Shown here: piece by piece, positions 57,869-64,000 of the stretch
Position numbering within the stretch: the stretch's first letter is position 1
Layout: each line of letters starts with the position of its first letter
Assembly (NCBI GenBank): GCA_964536285.1
Contig: CAZHXG010000006.1
Coordinates: forward strand, 2,303 to 66,302
Length of the DNA: 64,000 bases
Direction: 5' to 3'
From: an uncultured Bifidobacteriaceae bacterium
GTDB taxonomy: Bacteria > Verrucomicrobiota > Verrucomicrobiia > Limisphaerales > UBA11358
Translations under genes and position numbers: made by a program
Notes under the pieces: model-generated
Told to the model about the DNA's origin: nothing
Database searches by the model: none
What the model saw: only the letters and a program-made list of their open reading frames with translations

Positions 57869-58228
57869 TTATTTTGCCTTCCGTTTGTGAATCATGATCT
57901 GGTTGCCGTCGGGATCGAGGATGATGGCGAAGCGGCAGACGGGCGTGTCCATGGCTTCCGTGGAAAATTTCACGCCGCTCGATTTCAACCGCGCGATCTC
58001 CGTGTCCAGATCGTCCACTTCAAACGCGATGCACGTTCCATCCGGCGACGGCTTCCAGACCTCGCCATAGCAGCCGATGCCCAAAGTCCCGTTGCCGATT
58101 TCGTATTCGACCCACATGCCGCCGGCGGATTCCATCGCCGGTTTGAGGCCGAGCACGCCTTCATAAAATTCGCGCGCGCGTTTGATGTCCGTGACCGGCG
58201 TGCCGGTGAATGCGATTTCGGTGATCAT
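57869..58228 (-). CDS. VOC/glyoxalase family protein
   Basis: 119 aa from MITEIAF; [18 protein letters not shown]...AFEVDDLD...DPDGNQI. The upstream part of the ORF-track ORF overlaps sucC. Confidence 0.88.
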   Translation of the reverse strand: MITEIAFTGTPVTDIKRAREFYEGVLGLKPAMESAGGMWVEYEIGNGTLGIGCYGEVWKPSPDGTCIAFEVDDLDTEIARLKSSGVKFSTEAMDTPVCRFAIILDPDGNQIMIHKRKAK

Positions 58229-58230
58229 AA

Positions 58231-59436
58231 TTATTTCCTGACCGCCTTCACAACCTTCTGCGCCGCATCCGCCATCGAATCGCCGGTGATGATGGCGACG
58301 CCGGATTCGGCCAGAGTTTTTTTGCCGGCGAGAACGTTGTTGCCTTCGAGCCGCACGACGAGCGGAATTTTCAAGTGCGTTTCCTTCACCGCCGCGACGA
58401 TGCCGGTGGCGATGACGTTGCAATCCATGATGCCGCCGAAAATGTTCACGAGGATGCCCTTCACGTTCGGGTCGCTCAAAATGATCTTGAACGCCGCCGT
58501 GACCTGTTCCTTGCTCGCGCCGCCGCCTACGTCGAGGAAGTTCGCCGGGCTGCCGCCGAAATGCTGGATGATGTCCATCGTCGCCATCGCGAGGCCCGCG
58601 CCGTTGACGAGGCACGCGATGCTGCCGTCGAGCTTGATGTAATTGAGCGAAAATTTCGACGCCTCGATTTCCAGCGGCGCTTCCTCGTTCAAATCGCGCA
58701 TCTCCAAAATATCCTTGTGACGATAAAGCGCGTTGTCATCGAGCGAAATTTTTGCGTCGAGCGCCACAACCGTTTCCTTTCCATCGGCCAATTCGATGAC
58801 CGCGAGAGGATTTAATTCCACCATCGCGGCGTCACATTCCCACCAAGTGTTGTAAACTCCAGTTATGAGTTTTACACCGGCATTGAACAAATCACTCTTG
58901 AGTCCGAGTGCCGCGGAAATTTTGCGCGCCTGAAACGGCATGATCCCGACGGCGGGATCAATGTGTTCCTTGAAAATCTTTTCGGGAAATTTCTCGGCGA
59001 CTTCCTCGATGTCCATGCCGCCCTCGGTGCTGGCCATGATGAGCGGACGCGAATTCGCGCGGTCGAGCAGCACGGCGAGGTAAAATTCCTTTTTGATCTT
59101 CGCGCCAGCTGCGAGCAACAGCGTCTGCACTTTGCGCCCGTCCGCGCCGGTTTGTTTTGTGACCAAAACATTGCCGAGCATTTTTTCGGCGAAGCCAACC
59201 GCCTCGTCCACGGACGCCGCGACCTTTACGCCGCCTTGAAAACCGGATTTGAAAGTTCCCTTGCCGCGTCCACCCGCGTGGATCTGCGATTTGACAACGA
59301 CGCGTGAAGAAGCGCCGGCGACAATCTTGTCCGCCGCCGGTCGCACTTCGGCGAGCGATTTGGCGGGGATTTCGAGCGGGACGGTGACGCCGTATCTGGC
59401 GAGCAACTCTTTAGCCTGGTATTCGTGGATGTTCAT
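58231..59436 (-). CDS. sucC: Succinyl-CoA synthetase beta subunit
   Basis: [56 protein letters not shown]. Confidence 0.98.
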   Translation of the reverse strand: MNIHEYQAKELLARYGVTVPLEIPAKSLAEVRPAADKIVAGASSRVVVKSQIHAGGRGKGTFKSGFQGGVKVAASVDEAVGFAEKMLGNVLVTKQTGADGRKVQTLLLAAGAKIKKEFYLAVLLDRANSRPLIMASTEGGMDIEEVAEKFPEKIFKEHIDPAVGIMPFQARKISAALGLKSDLFNAGVKLITGVYNTWWECDAAMVELNPLAVIELADGKETVVALDAKISLDDNALYRHKDILEMRDLNEEAPLEIEASKFSLNYIKLDGSIACLVNGAGLAMATMDIIQHFGGSPANFLDVGGGASKEQVTAAFKIILSDPNVKGILVNIFGGIMDCNVIATGIVAAVKETHLKIPLVVRLEGNNVLAGKKTLAESGVAIITGDSMADAAQKVVKAVRK

Positions 59437-59502
59437 GTCAAAAAAACTTGTCAATTGAATGGATGTTGGTAGAAAAAATCAATCCTTAACCCCTAAAAAC
59501 TT

Positions 59503-59769
59503 ATGAAACCACATCGCGGCGTTCTCATTCTGGTTCTTGGCATCCTCGCTTGGGTTATCTGCTTTCCGTGTGGAATCGCCGCATGGATAATGGGCAACAG
59601 CGACCTCAAAGAAATGGACACAGGAACGATGGACCCCAGTGGTCGCGGCATGACGTTGGCTGGAAAAATCTGTGGAATGATTTTGACGATTTTAATGATT
59701 CTTGCTTTTGTCGGTGGATTTTTGGCTGCGCTTATCGTTGGCGCTTTGCATCATCGCGCCGCGCAATAA
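59503..59769 (+). CDS. DUF4190-like small membrane protein
   Basis: HRGVLILVLGIL...CGIAAWIMG..DL..M...GRGMTLAGKICG. Confidence 0.8.
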   Translation: MKPHRGVLILVLGILAWVICFPCGIAAWIMGNSDLKEMDTGTMDPSGRGMTLAGKICGMILTILMILAFVGGFLAALIVGALHHRAAQ

Positions 59770-59817
59770 CGCCATTTACCTTGAATCCTTGGCCGCGCGC
59801 GGGCAATTTGCGCCGCG

Positions 59818-60843
59818 ATGAATAAACTTTTTCCGTTGCTGGCAGTCTTGTCTCTCGCATTTCACGCGACGCCGACGCGTGCGGCTTTTATCAACGGACA
59901 AAACTACGTTGCCATTTCAGATTGGGCGCGCGGGAACGGCTTTTACGGTTTTACGCGCAATCGCGGCGACGAAATCGTTTTGACGAACCGCACGGCGCGG
60001 CTGGTGTTCGACGTGGATTCGGCGCAGGCGGAAATCAACGGCGTGAACGTGCGGCTTTCATTTCCAGTCGCAAAAGGAGCGCTCATTTCGCAGTTGGATT
60101 TGGACAAGATGGTTCGTCCGTTGCTGTTTCCGTCGCGCTACGCCGAGCCGAGAAAAATTACTACGATCTGCCTCGACCCCGGCCACGGCGGGAAAGACAC
60201 CGGCAATCGCGTTCCCGGTTTTTTCTGGCACAACGAAAAAACCTACACGCTCGAACTGGCGTTTGAATTGCGCGACCAGCTCAAGCAGGCCGGCTTCAAA
60301 GTCATCCTCACGCGCAACAAAGACACTTACGTGGATTTGCCCGCGCGTCCAGCGGTCGCGAACCGCAATGGCGCGGACTTGTTCGTCAGCTTGCATTTCA
60401 ACGCGACGCAAAACGGCAAAAACGAAGTGAAAGGGCCGGAGACCTATTGCATCACGCCCATCGGCGCAAATTCCAGCAACGAGGAGAGTGTCGAATTCAG
60501 CAGCGGGATCGGCACCGGCCCGACCGCCGCGAATCACAGCGAAGACAGGAGCCTGTTGCTCGCATATCAGATACAAAAATCGCTCGTGCAAAATCTGAAT
60601 GCTGATGACCGCGGCGTGCGGCGCGCGCGATTTGCCGTCTTGCGCGACGCGGCGATGCCAGCGATTTTGATCGAAAGTGGCTACATGACAAATCCAACTG
60701 AAGGCAAAAAAATTTACGACTCAACCTATCGGAAAAAAATGGCTGCGGCGATTGTTAAGGGAATCCTCTCTTATCAGAAACTGACCGCGCCCGTGGTTTC
60801 GTCTCCGGTGGCGACGCCGAATAAAATTCCTAACGTGAGATAA
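59818..60843 (+). CDS. N-acetylmuramoyl-L-alanine amidase (Amidase_3)
   Basis: ICLDPGHGGKD, NEK, LTRNKD, FVSLHFNA, PAILIESGYM; signal peptide. Confidence 0.93.
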   Translation: MNKLFPLLAVLSLAFHATPTRAAFINGQNYVAISDWARGNGFYGFTRNRGDEIVLTNRTARLVFDVDSAQAEINGVNVRLSFPVAKGALISQLDLDKMVRPLLFPSRYAEPRKITTICLDPGHGGKDTGNRVPGFFWHNEKTYTLELAFELRDQLKQAGFKVILTRNKDTYVDLPARPAVANRNGADLFVSLHFNATQNGKNEVKGPETYCITPIGANSSNEESVEFSSGIGTGPTAANHSEDRSLLLAYQIQKSLVQNLNADDRGVRRARFAVLRDAAMPAILIESGYMTNPTEGKKIYDSTYRKKMAAAIVKGILSYQKLTAPVVSSPVATPNKIPNVR

Positions 60844-60871
60844 AAATCGCCCGCCGTTCACCAACCGCGTT

Positions 60872-61948
60872 TCAAACCGGTACCGTCACCAGACTGGATT
60901 TGATCAGGGACGGTTTGCTGTGATAGAGCGCCACCAAGGCCGCCCCGATCGCCTGCGAAAGTTCGCCCAGCGCCGCCGGGACAATGGTCACGCGCGTTCG
61001 CTGCGCCGGCCAGAGATAAGGATTCGCCGTCTCGCGGATGATCCGGAGATAGCGTGCGCGGAATTCCTCGGTCGTGGCTTCCGTGTCCATCAGCCCGCCG
61101 CCGATGACGACGAATTGCGGGTCAAGTACCATGGCAAGATTCGCGACGTGCAAACCCAGCGCCTTCGCCTGAAAATCAAAAATTTCCACCGCGAGCGGAT
61201 CGCCTTTTTGCGCCAGTCCGCGCAGGGACAAGGCCTTTTCCTTGGGCGTCGCAGTTGATTTGGCCAGTTCGTGGCCGGAATATTTTGGCAAAATCTCGGT
61301 CAGAAGCTGCGGCAGGCCGGAGAGAGTGGTGTAGGCTTCGATGCAGCCCCAGTTTTTGCCGCAGCCGCAGGAAAAAGATTTGATGTTCAAAAGATGCAAC
61401 GGCGCGGGCATGTGCGCGCCTTCCATTCCGGCCAGCGTGTCGCCTTCGAGCGGCAGCCCGTGACGGTCAATGAAAGCGCAACCGAGACCGGAGCCGGGGG
61501 CGAGCAGAAGCACGGCACCGTGGCCGGTTCCACGCAAATGCTGCGCCTCGGCCACGCCGCCATAATTGCCGTCGTTGCCGACCGTCAGCGCAATTTTGCG
61601 CCCGGATTTTTTTGCAAGTGCGGAACTGTAGGCGTCGTGGACGTCCCAGCCCTCGAAGCCGGGCGGCAGATTGGCCGAGCGGTCGAGCACGCCGTAGCTT
61701 TGAAACGGTCCGGGGATGGCCAGTCCCACTCCGGCGATGTCGTCCCACTTCAGCCTGTTCTGTTCCAGAAAATCAGTGATGGCCTCGACCCAGGTTTGCA
61801 CGACCTTTGCCGGGCCGGCCTGGGAATTGGTCGGCCGTTGGAGGAGTTTGGTCGAAATCATTTTTCCGTCGGCCCGGACGCCGCCCACTTTGGACGTGGT
61901 GGCTCCGCCGTCCGTGCCGATATAAATGTGCTGCTTGGCGCTCATCAT
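60872..61948 (-). CDS. ROK family sugar kinase
   Basis: GTDGGATT, GLAIPG, NDGN, APGSGLG, EGAH, CGCG...GCIEAY. Confidence 0.88.
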   Translation of the reverse strand: MMSAKQHIYIGTDGGATTSKVGGVRADGKMISTKLLQRPTNSQAGPAKVVQTWVEAITDFLEQNRLKWDDIAGVGLAIPGPFQSYGVLDRSANLPPGFEGWDVHDAYSSALAKKSGRKIALTVGNDGNYGGVAEAQHLRGTGHGAVLLLAPGSGLGCAFIDRHGLPLEGDTLAGMEGAHMPAPLHLLNIKSFSCGCGKNWGCIEAYTTLSGLPQLLTEILPKYSGHELAKSTATPKEKALSLRGLAQKGDPLAVEIFDFQAKALGLHVANLAMVLDPQFVVIGGGLMDTEATTEEFRARYLRIIRETANPYLWPAQRTRVTIVPAALGELSQAIGAALVALYHSKPSLIKSSLVTVPV

Positions 61949-61989
61949 TTTCAGGTGAAAGGTTTACTTAAATACCAGCGCGCCGGCGG

Positions 61990-62018
61990 AAAGTAAATTC
62001 CTAACTGCCGGGCGTCAA
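61990..62018 (-). promoter_or_regulatory. Sigma70 promoter of the ROK gene
   Basis: TTGACG-17 bp-TACTTT. Confidence 0.6.
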
Positions 62019-62109
62019 CAATCCACGACACCACGACCCAATTTTCCGGCAACAATCTGACAGACATCATCAGGTTCTGCTTGGCAAGCACGCGTTTAAT
62101 GGATTAGCT

Positions 62110-62661
62110 GTGGACATGAGTATCGTCACCAAAACCGGGGACGCGGGCACGACGGCGTTGATGTATGGACGGCGCGTCGCGAAAAATCATCCCCGCGTGG
62201 AGGCTTACGGCTCCGTGGACGAACTCAACGCCGCGCTCGGCCTCGCGCGCGCGACGGCGCAGCACGATTTCATCCGCGACAACCTGCTCGCCATCCAGAA
62301 AGACCTCATCGTGCTCATGGGCGAACTCTGCGTGCAGCCGGAAGACTTGAAACGCTACTTCGACGACGGCTACCTGCCCGTTACGCCGGACATGACGGCG
62401 AGGCTCGACGCGCTCGTCAAGGAAATCGAGGCACAGAACATCAGCTTCAAAGGCTGGGCGACGCCGGGCGCGATAAGGGATTCCGCCGCGCTTGATGTGG
62501 CGCGGACGGTTTGCCGACGGGCAGAGCGCAACATCTGCGCGCTGAAGTTCACCGGCGAGCTGCGCAATCTGGAGATCATCGTCTACCTCAACCGATTGAG
62601 CGACTTGCTCTGGCTCTTCGCGCGCTGGGTGGAAACGAAAAACAGTTCAGGTGAAAAATGA
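62110..62661 (+). CDS. pduO: ATP:cob(I)alamin adenosyltransferase (PduO type)
   Basis: IVTKTGDAGTT, AYGSVDELNA, ARTVCRRAER, YLNRLSDLLW. Confidence 0.92.
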   Translation: MDMSIVTKTGDAGTTALMYGRRVAKNHPRVEAYGSVDELNAALGLARATAQHDFIRDNLLAIQKDLIVLMGELCVQPEDLKRYFDDGYLPVTPDMTARLDALVKEIEAQNISFKGWATPGAIRDSAALDVARTVCRRAERNICALKFTGELRNLEIIVYLNRLSDLLWLFARWVETKNSSGEK

Positions 62662-62664
62662 AAC

Positions 62665-62690
62665 ACGCGCAGGGTAGGAGACCTGCGCGT
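62665..62690 (-). terminator. Hairpin terminator between convergent genes
   Basis: ACGCGCAGG-N8-CCTGCGCGT; U-rich tail on the minus strand. Confidence 0.65.
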
Positions 62691-62714
62691 ATGGCGGGGA
62701 GCAACCGAAGTTGA

Positions 62715-63788
62715 TTAGGAGCGGTTGCGTTTGCGGAAACCCAACAAAGTTGCGAGGCCCAATCCCACGAGCGCGTAGGAAGTGGGTTCGGGAACAACTT
62801 GTGGTACGAATTCCAAGCCGCGGAAGGCTTCGTTGGAGCCTGCGGTGTCGAGAACGGTCGCGCCGGAAGTCGTGCCGGAGCCGGCGTCGGTGATTTCGAC
62901 GAGGCTTGTTCCAGACTCCGTCGTCGCATAAAGCACAGGTTGAGCGCCGCTGAAATCCGCAACGACTGCATTCATGGCAGTGCCGCTGTCGAGGGTGTAG
63001 GCAAAAGACCAGACGCCGCCGCTATAGTTGTAACGCGAGATGCCGCCATTGGCTCCGGAGGCGGTGTTGGCCACATAAGCAATGGTCATGTTCGGATTGA
63101 ACGTGAAGTCGGAGGGATTTGCGCCGGTTGCAAAAAGGAGCGTCGGTGCGACGGGGCCGCTGGTCGGTGTGCCGGTGAATTCAAAAATGCCCGGCGTGCC
63201 TTTGGCGGTGCTGAAGAAGAGGTTGCCGCCGATGTCCTGGATCGCAAGGCTGTTGGAGAACACGATTTGGGAAGGTGTTCCGCCTCCCAAATAAACCGTG
63301 CCGCCGGTGGCTGCGGCGCCCGCGCCCCAGAAATTGCCGCTGCCGTCGCTTGTGCCGCCGCGGATGTTGTTGCCGTTGTAAAAAGTGGTCGTCGTGGCGG
63401 CGAGCGAGTAATTTCCATTTGCGTCCACCGTGCCGACGCCGCGTGGAATGGTGGTTGAACCTGCAACCCCGGCGGTGCCGGCGCTTGTATTGTATCCTGC
63501 GAAAACGAGATATTGGTTGCCGGCTGAAAGGCTCAACTGTCCTTCAGACGCGGCCGTGCCGCTGTCAACCAAGGCGGAAGAACCGGTCGTGGGAATCGCC
63601 AGGCTGTTCACAAAACCACCAATGGTGGTGTATTGATCCAGAAAAATCGCGGTGCCGGCGCTTGAGAGCGCGCCGCTGCCGGTGCCATCCCGCAACACGA
63701 CGAGATTGCCGGGTGTGAATTGAGCTTGGGCCGCGGTCAGCGAAGCGATGAGCAGCGCCGCCAGAGAAACAATTTTTTTATTTTTCAT
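62715..63788 (-). CDS. PEP-CTERM sorting domain protein
   Basis: Signal peptide; Gly/Thr/Ser-rich body; VPEPTSYALVGLGLATLLGFRKRNRS (PEP, TM, basic tail). Confidence 0.95.
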   Translation of the reverse strand: MKNKKIVSLAALLIASLTAAQAQFTPGNLVVLRDGTGSGALSSAGTAIFLDQYTTIGGFVNSLAIPTTGSSALVDSGTAASEGQLSLSAGNQYLVFAGYNTSAGTAGVAGSTTIPRGVGTVDANGNYSLAATTTTFYNGNNIRGGTSDGSGNFWGAGAAATGGTVYLGGGTPSQIVFSNSLAIQDIGGNLFFSTAKGTPGIFEFTGTPTSGPVAPTLLFATGANPSDFTFNPNMTIAYVANTASGANGGISRYNYSGGVWSFAYTLDSGTAMNAVVADFSGAQPVLYATTESGTSLVEITDAGSGTTSGATVLDTAGSNEAFRGLEFVPQVVPEPTSYALVGLGLATLLGFRKRNRS

Positions 63789-64000
63789 TTTTTGTTTTTA
63801 GTTTGTTTGTTAATTCAGCCGGCAATGTATCAATCTGAAATTCAGCACCGATTTTTCCCCTTATCAACCACCTGCAATCTGGCGGCAAGAACTGAAAAAT
63901 GCTCACCATATTTTGCAAAATGCTATGCGAATTCGCACCTATAAGATTCAAACTGATACATGATACACCGCCATTCAGTCCTGATTGATTTCTGCTGCGG

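Noticed and set aside
61949-62109. Possible cobalamin riboswitch upstream of pduO (GGAA...AATTCC...CTGCC)
   Set aside because: Lacks the GGTG, GCCACTG and B12-box core. The segment is better explained as the TTGACG-17-TACTTT promoter of the divergent ROK gene.
62674-62686. AGGAGACCTGC resembling the 3' end of a cobalamin riboswitch
   Set aside because: It lies downstream of pduO between convergent genes, forms part of a terminator hairpin, and has no upstream aptamer.

Overview
Bacterial chromosomal DNA with about 60 densely packed genes. The gene content and protein styles (prepilin-type GFTLIEL protein, PEP-CTERM protein, planctomycete-type cytochrome c, 'RFYR'-ended secreted propeller, LPS genes, hopanoid genes) suggest a Verrucomicrobiota subdivision-3 (Pedosphaera/Limisphaera-like) organism; this is inference. 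Most genes are housekeeping: gatCA, ptsH-hprK-lptBAC-kdsCA, glgC, hflX, cysE, waaF-lpxL-lpxK, sufBC, hpnHJ, dnaG, tyrA-aroA-cmk-plsC, tmk-cysS, gltA, sucCD. I found no rRNA, tRNA, CRISPR array or transposase. Main observations: (1) The promoter and first codons of cysS are duplicated and now start a di-haem cytochrome c gene, apparently as its signal-peptide n-region; all changes in the first 11 codons are synonymous. (2) A sigma54-type promoter precedes an operon of outer-membrane beta-barrel, type-1 copper protein and hybrid sensor kinase. (3) A PerR-like regulator with a Cys at the canonical Asp ligand position heads sufBC and has a perfect Irr/ICE-like operator. (4) The hopanoid genes are flanked by a TPR carrier-like protein, a lipid N-methyltransferase and a small lipoprotein. 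(5) Several short palindromic or tandem repeat elements have entered genes, stop codons and promoters. All family assignments come from motifs read by eye; no database search was run.
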